IMG/VR virus record: IMGVR_UViG_3300033485_000261
Coordinates: 1-27,858 of that record
DNA length: 27,858 nt
Source: a virus
Lineage: Duplodnaviria > Caudoviricetes
Strand: one strand, 5' to 3'
The translations under genes were made by a program, and so were the position numbers. The notes under the pieces are model-generated. The model saw only the letters and a list, made by a program, of their open reading frames with translations, made no database searches and was not told the DNA's origin. Positions 7,613 through 16,400 of this stretch are shown piece after piece (the stretch's first letter is position 1; every line of letters starts with the position of its first letter).

Positions 7613-8851
7613 GTGAACTATCTCGGGGACTTCGCGGTCGGGGCCAAGGTGTACGTGCCGTTCCATACGTTCGACAGCAACGGCGCAAGTATCACGATCA
7701 CCGGCTTGGCGGTGACGGACATCGAGGTCTACAAGGACGGGCTCGCCACGCAGCGGGCGAGTGACGCCGGGTATGCGCTGCTCGACACGGATGGGATTGA
7801 CTTCGACGGGCTGACGGGTATCCACGGGTTCAGCATCGACCTAGCCGATAACACGGACGCCGGGTTCTACGCGAGCGGGCACGACTACTGGGTGGTGGTG
7901 TCGAGCATCACCTGCGACACGCGGACGATCAGCTTCGTAGCGGCGACATTCAGCATCGAGAACCGCAGCGCATCGCTGAGGCTGGGCGCCCCGGCCGGGG
8001 CGAGCGTGAGCGCGGACATCCTGAACGTCGCTGACGCGGTTTGGGACGAGGTATTGACTGGCGCCACGCACAACGTGGCATCTTCGGCCGGTAGAAGGCT
8101 GCGCCAACTCGCATCGAGCATCATCTTCGATGGCACTGTCGCTACGGTCGGAACGAACTACATCACCTTCGCAGGTGGCGCCAGTGCGACCCAGAACGCA
8201 TATCGCGGCGACATGGTCGTGGTCATGTCCGGCGTTGGCCTCGGCCAGACGCGAACCATCGTCGAGTACACCGGGGCCAGCGTCAAGGCATACGTTGACA
8301 AACCATGGGACGTTGCGCCCGGCATCGGGGACGAGGTGATGGTCCTCGCTGCGGCACAGGAGTTGGTTGCTGCGTTCGGCACGGTGGTCAGTGCGACCGG
8401 GACCGGGGTGCGCTTTGCGGCGGACGCTTCGAGCACCAACAACATGTATCGCTACAGCATCGTTGTCGTGACCAGCGTAGCGGGTGTGAATGACACGCAG
8501 GCGCGACTCATCACGAGCTACGACGGTGCGACCCAAACCGCAACCGTCTTCCCTGCCTGGACAGCCACGCCTGCGGCCGGGGCGACTTACAAGGTCATGC
8601 CCCTTGGACTGGCGACCATCGACGAGGTCTCCGTGAACGCTCTCGTGGCAGCCATGATCGCTGGCGTGGCGGACGGAGCCTACGATCTGCAGGAGATGAT
8701 GCGGATCATCTTCGCCTTCGCTTCCGGCAAGGCGGACGGAGGCGGTACGGCAACGGTTCACTTCCGAGACTCGGCCGATAGCAAGAACCGGATCACCGAG
8801 ACCGTGGACGCCAGCGGCAATCGTACTGCCGTGGTACTGGACGCGAGCTAA
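7613..8851 (+). CDS. Virion structural/fibre-like protein with Ig-like N-terminus and two internal ~75-aa repeats
   Basis: Two copies of GTV....T...F...AS.T.N.YR...VVV.S......R.I..Y.GA...A.V...W...P..G....V; ADAVWDE motif; C-terminal FRD.ADSKNRI..TVD.SGNRTAV. Confidence 0.7.
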   Translation: MNYLGDFAVGAKVYVPFHTFDSNGASITITGLAVTDIEVYKDGLATQRASDAGYALLDTDGIDFDGLTGIHGFSIDLADNTDAGFYASGHDYWVVVSSITCDTRTISFVAATFSIENRSASLRLGAPAGASVSADILNVADAVWDEVLTGATHNVASSAGRRLRQLASSIIFDGTVATVGTNYITFAGGASATQNAYRGDMVVVMSGVGLGQTRTIVEYTGASVKAYVDKPWDVAPGIGDEVMVLAAAQELVAAFGTVVSATGTGVRFAADASSTNNMYRYSIVVVTSVAGVNDTQARLITSYDGATQTATVFPAWTATPAAGATYKVMPLGLATIDEVSVNALVAAMIAGVADGAYDLQEMMRIIFAFASGKADGGGTATVHFRDSADSKNRITETVDASGNRTAVVLDAS

Positions 8852-9093
8852 TGGCGATCTCTCTACCGACCCGAGGGCTGCCGCTGCGGTCGTGGCCAAC
8901 GCGGAGCATTCCCCTTGCGCTCGCGCTGGCCTCGCAGGGGATCAACGTGCTGCGGGCGACGATCACGGCGCGCAGATACGCCTGTGTCGAGACAGTGGGG
9001 AGATGGTCAGCCACGGAGGTGCCGGGCCGATACAAGGAAGTCGAAGTACCTGGTCGCTACACCGTGACCGAAGACGTGCTGGGAGAGGTCTGA
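8851..9093 (+). CDS. Small protein with C-terminal 9-aa repeats (EVPGRY)
   Basis: Coupled on both sides (TAATG, TGATG); four imperfect 9-aa units. Confidence 0.7.
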   Translation: MAISLPTRGLPLRSWPTRSIPLALALASQGINVLRATITARRYACVETVGRWSATEVPGRYKEVEVPGRYTVTEDVLGEV

Positions 9094-9464
9094 TGGCAAA
9101 GTTCAAGATGTACCAAGGGGAAGACTGTGTCATCGTGTTCTCCGGCATTCTGGACGAAGACCTCGCGGCGCCAAGCTCCAGTCTGGCGTCAGCGGTGATG
9201 ACCATCGTGGACAGCGTCGACACTCCGGTCAAGACCCTGGTTCCCACTACGGCTACGATTACCGACGCTGCGAAGTGGGAGTTCTGGATCAAGATCGCGC
9301 ATGGGGATGTTGGAACGTTCGTGGCGACAGACGCGGGCCTGACGGTCTTCTACACCGTGAAGTGTACTGCCGCTGACGGGACCATAATCTACTTGCCGGT
9401 CGACTCGTCAGCGGATCCCGAGCACGGGGAGATCACCATCATCAAGCCGTGCGTGGTGCCGTAG
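9093..9464 (+). CDS. BppU-N/Ig-like beta-sandwich structural protein (123 aa)
   Basis: GGAGAGG RBS, ATG 9093; MYQGED..IVF start and alternating beta pattern. Confidence 0.6.
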   Translation: MAKFKMYQGEDCVIVFSGILDEDLAAPSSSLASAVMTIVDSVDTPVKTLVPTTATITDAAKWEFWIKIAHGDVGTFVATDAGLTVFYTVKCTAADGTIIYLPVDSSADPEHGEITIIKPCVVP

Positions 9465-9475
9465 GGGCAGCGACA

Positions 9476-9733
9476 ATGGCTATCGTCAGAGACAAGGTTC
9501 TCCCTGCCGGGACGCGGATTGTGCTCGCGTTGCAGGACATGGTGCTGTGGCGAGGGACGCTCTACGTTCCCCAGTCCTTTGTGACGTCCACGTCCCCGAA
9601 CGGGACTTTCGTACTGGAGATCCCGCCAGGGCGATACCGATTCAGTATCGGCCAGTTGACCGGCGACGTTGTGATACCGGACGAGGCGGTGAGACTCCAG
9701 GATCTGCTGCAGCCGGAGGTGCCAAGTGCCTAA
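9476..9733 (+). CDS. Small beta-sandwich protein (prealbumin/carboxypeptidase-regulatory-like), 85 aa
   Basis: T..NGTF.LEIPPGRYRFSI motif, typical of fibre-attachment domains. Confidence 0.55.
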   Translation: MAIVRDKVLPAGTRIVLALQDMVLWRGTLYVPQSFVTSTSPNGTFVLEIPPGRYRFSIGQLTGDVVIPDEAVRLQDLLQPEVPSA

Positions 9734-9842
9734 TGTCAACGCGACGGTCACGGTCTCTGACGCTGCGGTCGCTACCGTGACGCTATCCGACGCTGCCGTG
9801 GCGACCGTGACGCTATCCGACGTGGAGACCCCCGATGGCTAA
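9726..9842 (+). CDS. 38-aa repeat micro-protein MPNVNATVTVSDAAVATVTLSDAAVATVTLSDVETPDG (not in ORF track)
   Basis: GGAGG at 9715-9719, GTG 9726, TAA 9840-9842; overlaps both neighbours by 8 nt; repeat copies differ mainly at synonymous sites. Confidence 0.75.
   Translation: MPNVNATVTVSDAAVATVTLSDAAVATVTLSDVETPDG
9741..9830 (+). repeat. Three imperfect 30-nt tandem repeats (coding ATVTLSDAAV)
   Basis: GCGACGGTCACGGTCTCTGACGCTGCGGTC / GCTACCGTGACGCTATCCGACGCTGCCGTG / GCGACCGTGACGCTATCCGACGTGGAGACC. Confidence 0.9.
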
Positions 9843-10140
9843 CGGAGGGACTTACGATGAGGGGGAGACCGTCAGGCTGGGGGCGATCTTCAAGGTTGGC
9901 CTCGTCAACACGGACCCGACGACCGTCACCTTGCGGGTCAAGAACCCTGCCGGGACGATAACGGTCAGCACCTACGGCGGAGTCGCGCCGCTCGACGTTC
10001 TGAAGTCAGCGACAGGGATTTACTACAAGGACGTTCTCATGAACGTCGAGGGGACGTGGTGGTATCGGTGCGAAGGGACGGGCACCGCAGCGGGCGCAGC
10101 GGAGGCATTCGTGAAGGTGAAGGCGAGCAGGATCATATGA
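9835..10140 (+). CDS. Ig-like phage structural protein (101 aa)
   Basis: GETVRL...F.....DPTTVTLRV..P.G...TGIYY.D.....GTWWYR..GTG pattern. Confidence 0.7.
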   Translation: MANGGTYDEGETVRLGAIFKVGLVNTDPTTVTLRVKNPAGTITVSTYGGVAPLDVLKSATGIYYKDVLMNVEGTWWYRCEGTGTAAGAAEAFVKVKASRII

Positions 10141-10952
10141 ACACCGTGGCGGTCGTTGTACCGACAATCGGAAGGCGCAGCCTGGCTCATACCCTGGCGA
10201 GCATCATTACCGCTGGCGTTAGGCCGGAGGACGAGGTGCTCGTGGTGGCGGACGGGAAGCGAGAGTTGGCGGAGGTGATTGTGGGATCCTGCTCGCTCCC
10301 GTGTGCTGTCTGGTATCACGAACTCGTACCTGCGGTCGGGGGCTTCGGCGGAGAGCCCCGGAACTGGGCCATGAAGAAGGCGCGGGCAGACTGGATCCTG
10401 TTCCTGGACGACGACGATGCGTTCACAGATGGCGCAATCACATACATCCGGGAGTTCGTGGAGAAGCACGTCCTCCACGTTTTCAGAACCATGCGAGATG
10501 GCGCGGTTCTGTGGGACTCCCCGGTGATGAGTTCGGGGAACGTCGGGACACCGATGTATGCGATCCCCAACGAGAAGCCGCTGCCTCACTGGGGCGGGGG
10601 GTACACGGCGGACTACGATTGGGGGCTGGCGTGCGTCAAGAAGTTCGGCGAGCCGGTCTTCGATACGAGAGTGATCTCAACCGGAATCACGAGTCATGGA
10701 GGGAACCGAGACATGGAAGTCACCTACTGCAGCATCTGCAACTGCGTCCTCCTGAAGGCGGGCGCGTACTTCAACGAGACCGGGCAGGCGTTCTGCACCG
10801 AGCACGCCCCGAAGGGGGCGAAGCTGCTGGTCGCGGCTGCTGACGCGGGCTGGACGCAGACGAGGAAGGAACCCGAGCCTGCGGTCGAGAAGGTGGAGGA
10901 ACTGCCGTTCAGCGAGCCCCCTGAAGAGCCGAAGGGGCGTGATCGACGGTGA
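10137..10952 (+). CDS. Family 2 glycosyltransferase (GT-A fold) with C-terminal CxxC...CxxH domain
   Basis: VVVPTIGR..L...LASI, EVLVVADG, G.GGEPRN.AM..A..DWILFLDDDD (DxD); ATG overlaps previous TGA. Confidence 0.92.
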   Translation: MNTVAVVVPTIGRRSLAHTLASIITAGVRPEDEVLVVADGKRELAEVIVGSCSLPCAVWYHELVPAVGGFGGEPRNWAMKKARADWILFLDDDDAFTDGAITYIREFVEKHVLHVFRTMRDGAVLWDSPVMSSGNVGTPMYAIPNEKPLPHWGGGYTADYDWGLACVKKFGEPVFDTRVISTGITSHGGNRDMEVTYCSICNCVLLKAGAYFNETGQAFCTEHAPKGAKLLVAAADAGWTQTRKEPEPAVEKVEELPFSEPPEEPKGRDRR

Positions 10953-12184
10953 GAATCGTAGTTGTCCATCCCGGCCACGACCACTCGACCAACGACGTCT
11001 ATCGCGGGTTGGTTGATGGCTTGGTCTGCGCGGGCCACCGAGTCAGACGATACGACATGGGGGTCGAGATAGGGCTCGCCCAGGCAGCGGCTGATGAGGC
11101 TTGGAGGGAAGCGCATTACCTGGCGGACCTGAAGCCCTCCGCGTCCGGGATCCTGTGGCGTGCCGGGGCCAACATCTACGGCACCTGCCTGCTGCATGGT
11201 GCCGATGCGGTCGTGATCGTCTGTGGGCAGGCGTGGCACCCGCAGCACACGATCCTGTTGCGTCGGGCGCAGATGAAGGTCGGGATCTTGATGACCGAGA
11301 GTCCCTACATGGATGTCTCGATGGCGGACAACCTCGCGCTGGCGGACATCGTCTGGACCAACGAGAGGGTCAGCGTCCAGCGGCTGCACGACCTGTTCGA
11401 GATGAAGGGACAGAACACGCCGGTTCGGTATCTGCGCCATGCGTACCATCCGAGGTGGCACCGCCCCCTGTCTTCCGCGCCGGACCCGAAGTGGGATGTC
11501 CCGGATCACGATGTTCTCTTCGTGGGGACAGGGTTTCAAGAGAGGGTCGATCTTCTTCGTGCGTGTGACTGGACGGGGATCGACCTGGCCCTGTACGGAC
11601 ACTGGTCGATCTTGCGAATGCCGAGGCTTATGCGCCTGCAGGTCGCAACGGCGACGATGAGGCGAATCAGGCTCCTGGGGCTTCTGGCAAGATTCCCCTG
11701 GACCGGCACGGATCCCTTGTGGAGGTACATCAAGGGGTGGGTCAGCGGAAGGACTCGGACTACCGATCTCTACAGGCACGCCAAGATCAACATCAATCTA
11801 TTCCGCTCGTCCGCGAAATACTGGACGACATCCTCGCGGGTGCTTGTGGGGGAAAGCATGGGGCCACGCTGTTATGAGCTTGCGGCGTGCGGCGCCTTCA
11901 TGATAAGTGAATACCGGCCCGAGATTCCAGAGATGTTCGGGGATCTCGTACCGACATTCAAGACCCCGGACGAGATGATGGCGCTCATCCGGTACTACCT
12001 GGCCAATCCTATCGAACGGGAACGACGAGCCGCGCTTTTGCCTTCGGCCGTGAGCGGGCACGACTGGATCACACGAGCAAGGCAAGTGGCGACCGACCTC
12101 GCAGGGCTGGCCGCGAGTTCACCCATCAGACCAAAGGAGTTTCACCATGCCCGCTGCTGCACCGAAATCATGGGTCCGCGGTAG
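10949..12184 (+). CDS. GT-B glycosyltransferase, CgeB/Glyco_trans_1_2-like
   Basis: TESPY, WTNER, YL.HAYHP..H.P, DVLFVGTGF.ER, LY..AKININL.R, R.YELAACGAF.ISEYR.E...F, IRYYL.NP.ER, H.W..RA. Confidence 0.92.
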   Translation: MRIVVVHPGHDHSTNDVYRGLVDGLVCAGHRVRRYDMGVEIGLAQAAADEAWREAHYLADLKPSASGILWRAGANIYGTCLLHGADAVVIVCGQAWHPQHTILLRRAQMKVGILMTESPYMDVSMADNLALADIVWTNERVSVQRLHDLFEMKGQNTPVRYLRHAYHPRWHRPLSSAPDPKWDVPDHDVLFVGTGFQERVDLLRACDWTGIDLALYGHWSILRMPRLMRLQVATATMRRIRLLGLLARFPWTGTDPLWRYIKGWVSGRTRTTDLYRHAKININLFRSSAKYWTTSSRVLVGESMGPRCYELAACGAFMISEYRPEIPEMFGDLVPTFKTPDEMMALIRYYLANPIERERRAALLPSAVSGHDWITRARQVATDLAGLAASSPIRPKEFHHARCCTEIMGPR

Positions 12185-12587
12185 GCTCTACCTGGCGTCG
12201 AACCACACGTCTGAGGCTGCCGCAATCTTCAAGGCGGTCGATTTCAACATCGACCACGGTCTGCAGAACGAGGACGTCAAGTACGCTGGCGCCTCGGTCA
12301 CCACCACGCTGGGCTTACTCAGCGCACCGTCAATCGCTGTCAACTACCTGCGCGACACGGGTCAGTCGATCATCACTGACGCGATCAGGTGGTGGCGAGA
12401 CAACGGGACGGGCGTCAAGTTCTACCTCTACCTGGACATCACTGGAGAAGCGCTGATCTACGCCTACGGGTACGCGGCGCTCGAAGGGACGTCCTTGCAG
12501 GGGGCTGCCGATGCAGGCATTCGCGGCAGCTTGACGCTTCGCCCTGGCCCCGAGGATGTCTGGGACGACCACTTCATCACGGGGTAG
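12147..12587 (+). CDS. Tail tube (major tail) protein
   Basis: AAGGAG RBS; 146 aa directly before frameshifted chaperone and tape measure; GRLYL start, KFYLY...YAYGYA...GSLTL pattern. Confidence 0.8.
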   Translation: MPAAAPKSWVRGRLYLASNHTSEAAAIFKAVDFNIDHGLQNEDVKYAGASVTTTLGLLSAPSIAVNYLRDTGQSIITDAIRWWRDNGTGVKFYLYLDITGEALIYAYGYAALEGTSLQGAADAGIRGSLTLRPGPEDVWDDHFITG

Positions 12588-12595
12588 TTGTTTGG

Positions 12596-12670
12596 GGCTG
12601 CTGACGCAGCCGTTCGCCGGAGACCGGGTCGCGTTCTGTCGCCCGCACCGCAGGGCGCGACCCCGGTCTC
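12596..12670 (+). other. Intergenic double stem-loop after tail tube gene
   Basis: GGCTGC-TGAC-GCAGCC (12596-12611) and GAGACCGGGTCGCGTTCTG (12620-12638) pairing with CAGGGCGCGACCCCGGTCTC (12651-12670), with two G-U pairs and one bulge; no U-tract. Confidence 0.75.
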
Positions 12671-12692
12671 ATACCAGAAAGGTGCGGGACTG

Positions 12693-13250
12693 ATGGACGA
12701 CGAGGAAGAGAAGGCTGAGGTCACGGAGGGGTTCTGGGTCGAGACTCGTGACGTCCCGGCTGACGATATGCCCTGGACCACGCCCAGCGGGAAGGAATAC
12801 TTCCCCCAGGTTGGTCGCCATGTCACCTATCTCGACGCTCAGGGGGTCGGGCTGACGCTTCTTCTGAGTGAGTTCTCCAAGTTGCAGAGGAAGCTCGACC
12901 GCGCTGGGCCGGACATGAACTCGATGCAGCAGATGGTCGTGCTGGAAGCGGTACACGACGCGCTGATGCGGTCAGTGAAAGCTCTGAACGCATTCATCGC
13001 TGGATGGGATCTCGTGGGGTGGCGAGGGGAACCCCTGCCTACTCCCGAGGAGGATCCCGAGGTGATCCTCGTGATGCCGATGGACGCAATCGGTTGGCTC
13101 TTCGCCCACGCGCAGTTCACCGAGCAGCCTGCCGGGACCGACGAAGTCAGCCGAAAAAAAGGATCACGGCCATCGGGCTCGCGCTCGCGGGCGAAGCCCC
13201 GCCAACCGTCGGGCTCGAACTCGCGCTCACGTGCAAACGCTACCAGATAA
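12693..13250 (+). CDS. Tail assembly chaperone (gpG-like), 185 aa
   Basis: AAAGGTG RBS, ATG 12693; I.GWDL....GEPLP motif; position between tube and tape measure. Confidence 0.85.
   Translation: MDDEEEKAEVTEGFWVETRDVPADDMPWTTPSGKEYFPQVGRHVTYLDAQGVGLTLLLSEFSKLQRKLDRAGPDMNSMQQMVVLEAVHDALMRSVKALNAFIAGWDLVGWRGEPLPTPEEDPEVILVMPMDAIGWLFAHAQFTEQPAGTDEVSRKKGSRPSGSRSRAKPRQPSGSNSRSRANATR
13154..13160 (+). promoter_or_regulatory. -1 programmed ribosomal frameshift site A AAA AAA
   Basis: 0-frame codons CGA AAA AAA GGA; the -1 frame is open to 13495 and overlaps the tape measure start. Confidence 0.85.
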
Positions 13251-13495
13251 GCCCGTCCGAGGCGTATGAGCTTCGCTACGGGCGCAAGATGCCGAAGGAG
13301 CGGAGGGCGACGTTGCTCCGCGATTGCGATGAGGCTATGGTGTGCCTGGCGACGCGGGAGACTGCGGACCCCAGAAACCTTCCCATGGAACTCGCGGCGC
13401 TGCAGGCGGAAATGGAAACAGAGGTCCGGTCGGAAGAGTGGAAGGTCGATCACCGGATAGAGCAAGCCATGAAGGACGAGGGGCTGGATGGGTGA
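13160..13495 (+). CDS. gpT-like C-terminal part of frameshifted chaperone (G-T fusion 12693..13495, ~267 aa)
   Basis: -1 frame RITAIGLAL...CKRYQISPSEAY...; no own RBS/start seen; lambda G/GT arrangement. Confidence 0.8.
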   Translation, partial: RITAIGLALAGEAPPTVGLELALTCKRYQISPSEAYELRYGRKMPKERRATLLRDCDEAMVCLATRETADPRNLPMELAALQAEMETEVRSEEWKVDHRIEQAMKDEGLDG

Positions 13496-16400
13496 GTCTG
13501 CGGGCGAAGTAGTCGTCCTCATCAAGGCTGACACCACAGACCTTGCGTCGAAGGTGGACGTGGTCAAGAAGGCGCTTGGTCAGTTGAATACGGGTATGGA
13601 GAAAGGCGGTGAGGCAGCGCGCTTTCTCCGTACCGAGACTGACCAGGTCGGTGTATCAGCCCACGGGACGATGAACAAGTTGGCCAACATCTCGATGGTT
13701 GGCCCGATGTTCGAGCGCATGGCGGGCTCGGTTGGCAACCTCGTCCAGGCAATGACTCGCGGCAACGCCCAGTTCGAGACCTTCGAGATCCAGCTAGGCG
13801 TCATGCTCAAGGGGACGGGGAGCTTCTCCGATGGCGTCGTGCTGGCGAAGGAGAGGATCGCTGAACTGGCCAAGTTCGCGAATGAGACCCCGATGGCGCT
13901 GCCGCAGATCGTCGAGGGCGAGAAGATGCTCCAGACCTTCGGGCTCTCGGCCGAGAAAGCCATGGGTGCAACCGGCGAGTCCTTGGCGGGCCTGCGGACG
14001 ATCATTGGTGACGCCGCTTCTATGACCGCCCAGGGCGCGGCTGGCTTCAAGGATCTTGCCATGTGGGTCGGGCGATTCAAGTCCGGCAACACAGGTGAAG
14101 CCTTGATGCGCCTCACGGAACTCGGTGTGGCGACCAGAGCCGAGATGACCGGGCTGGGCATCGAGTTCGACAAGATGGGATCCCTGGCGGACAAGAGCGA
14201 GGCTGGTATCACGAAGGCTACGACCGCCCTGGTCTCCTTGATGAAGACCAAGTTCGGCGGTGGTATGGCGGAGCAGGCGAAGACCTTCGACGGAATGAAG
14301 TCGACCCTCGAAGACACGATGGCTGAGATGAAGCGCGTGGCCATGGTCCCGATCTTCGAGGGGCTCAAGGAGCAGATGGCGGGCACGATCTCGATGTTTC
14401 AGGGTCTGATGCCTGCCTGTCAGCAGGTGGCAGACGCCTTGGCGCTGCTCCCTGCTCCGGTTACTGCGGCTATCGGAGCGGTGGGGGTTCTAGGCCCGCA
14501 GGTTGCCTCTGCGGCGGGCGCACTATACCCGGTTATCGCTACTGCGACCGCTCTGGGCCCGTCGATGAAAAAGGCAGGGGCTGGAGTGGCGCATCTTTCG
14601 GGGAAGACACTCGAATTGCTGCCGGGTATGCACGCTGCGGCACAGGTGTTGAAGAGCGTTGGCCCTGCGGCAGCAACCGCCGTGGGAGGGACAACCATTG
14701 CCGCTGGCGGCCTTGCGGGTATTGGCGCCAGCATCATGGGTGTTGTGGGGACCATTACGGGCGTCTTGCCAACCATCTTGGCTATCGTTGCGGTCATCGG
14801 CGTGGCGATACTTGCGTTCAAGACCAACTTCCTGGGAGTTGGAGATGCGGTCAGAGGTGTTGTCGACATCATCATGAACGCGATTGGCGGGGTGATGAAC
14901 ATCATCACGTCGTTCTTTGACGGGGTGTCCGCCTTCGTGAGCGTGTTCTCGACCGGGATGGAGCAGGGTGGCTCGGTCATGGGAGTCTTCTCCCTCGCCT
15001 GGTCAAACCTCGCAGCCGCAATGCAGGACACCCCTCTCGGCGCTCTCTTTGATGCCGTGAGAGTCGCCATTGACGCTGTGGCTCCGGTCCTGACTGCGGC
15101 CGGGAACGTCATTCAGAGCGTGCTGGGGCCCGCCTTGGAGTTTTGTAGGTCTCTCGTCGAGCCTCTAGAGCGCCTCTTTACGGCCCTCGGCGTAGCGATC
15201 AAGATGGTCTTCGGCGGGGATCTCTCGGGGGCGATCAATGTCGTACAGAGCGCTCTCTCGAACTTCTTCGCGTCTGTGGCTGAGGGTATTGGAACATTCT
15301 TTAGTTCCGCAGGGGCGAAGTTCAACGCTGCCTTCCCCGTTTTGCAGGCGGAAGCCTGGAAGCTCGTTACGGGAATCGGGAAGGTGTTTCTGAATCTTTC
15401 GGTTGAGATCCTCAAAGCTATTCCGCCCGCCATTGCGGCCGTGGCCAACTTCATGATGTCGCTGCCGGGGAAGATCATATCTTTTGAAATGAACATCGGC
15501 ATGGCGTTCCTCAACCTAATCAGGAAAGCCATTCTCGGGATATGCAACTACTTGGGGGCGGACGCCTCGGGCAACGTCCTGGCAGCGTTCGGGTTTCTGG
15601 TCGGGCGGCTGCTGGCTGCCATCTATGGGGTCGTGGCGAAGATCGGGGCTGCGGTCAGCGAGTGGAAGAAGGGGTTCGACAAGTGGTGTGACGCGGCCTG
15701 GGATAATGTCAAAGCCGCGTTCGGGCGACTTTGGGAGAAGCTAAAGAACGCTCTGACCGGCGGGGGCAAGGAGATTGGTTGTACAGTGAAGAAGTCGTGG
15801 GGGGACGCCTTCAAGGACTGGTGTAAGGACGCCATTCCCAATGCCCTCAAGGCCATTGACGACCTCCTGCTGTCCGTGCAGAAAAAGATCGAGGGGGGCT
15901 GGGCAGCCCTCGTGAACGCGGCGAGGACGTTGGGCGCAGGGATCGCTGCGGGGGTAGAGGCTGGCGCCACGGGCGCGGCGGCGCCTGCAGGCCCCGGAGG
16001 CGGAGGTGCTGGTGGCGGGGCCGAGATGCCAGGTGAAGGAGGGGCGGGCCCGTCGAAGTACGGAGCGGCACAGGCATGGGCGAAGAATCAGGCCGCTGGA
16101 GCTAAACTCGCGCCCGTGAAGATCGGCGAGGCAGCCGCGAAGGGGGCGGGGGCTGGTGGTGGAGGGGGAAAGGCAGCCGGAGGTGGCGGAGGTGGTGGCG
16201 CGGCTGGGCAAGACGCCATCTCTGCTGCCATGCAGATGATCTCCGCAGTGTCGGGCGCCCTGTCCGGGCTTATCGACTTCGCCGAGAAGGCTTTCCACTT
16301 CCGTGGCTTCCCGCCACCGAGCATCATGGACAAGCTCTTCAAGGGGCTCAAGGACATCATGGACCGGATGGTCGAGATCCTGCCCGACATCGGGGCGGAA

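Noticed and set aside
9741-9830. 30-nt repeats as a mini CRISPR array
   Set aside because: No spacers, head-to-tail copies, variation at synonymous positions; it is a coding repeat.
12588-12692. tRNA or classical intrinsic terminator in the intergenic gap
   Set aside because: No cloverleaf or T-loop/CCA pattern, and no U-tract after the stems.
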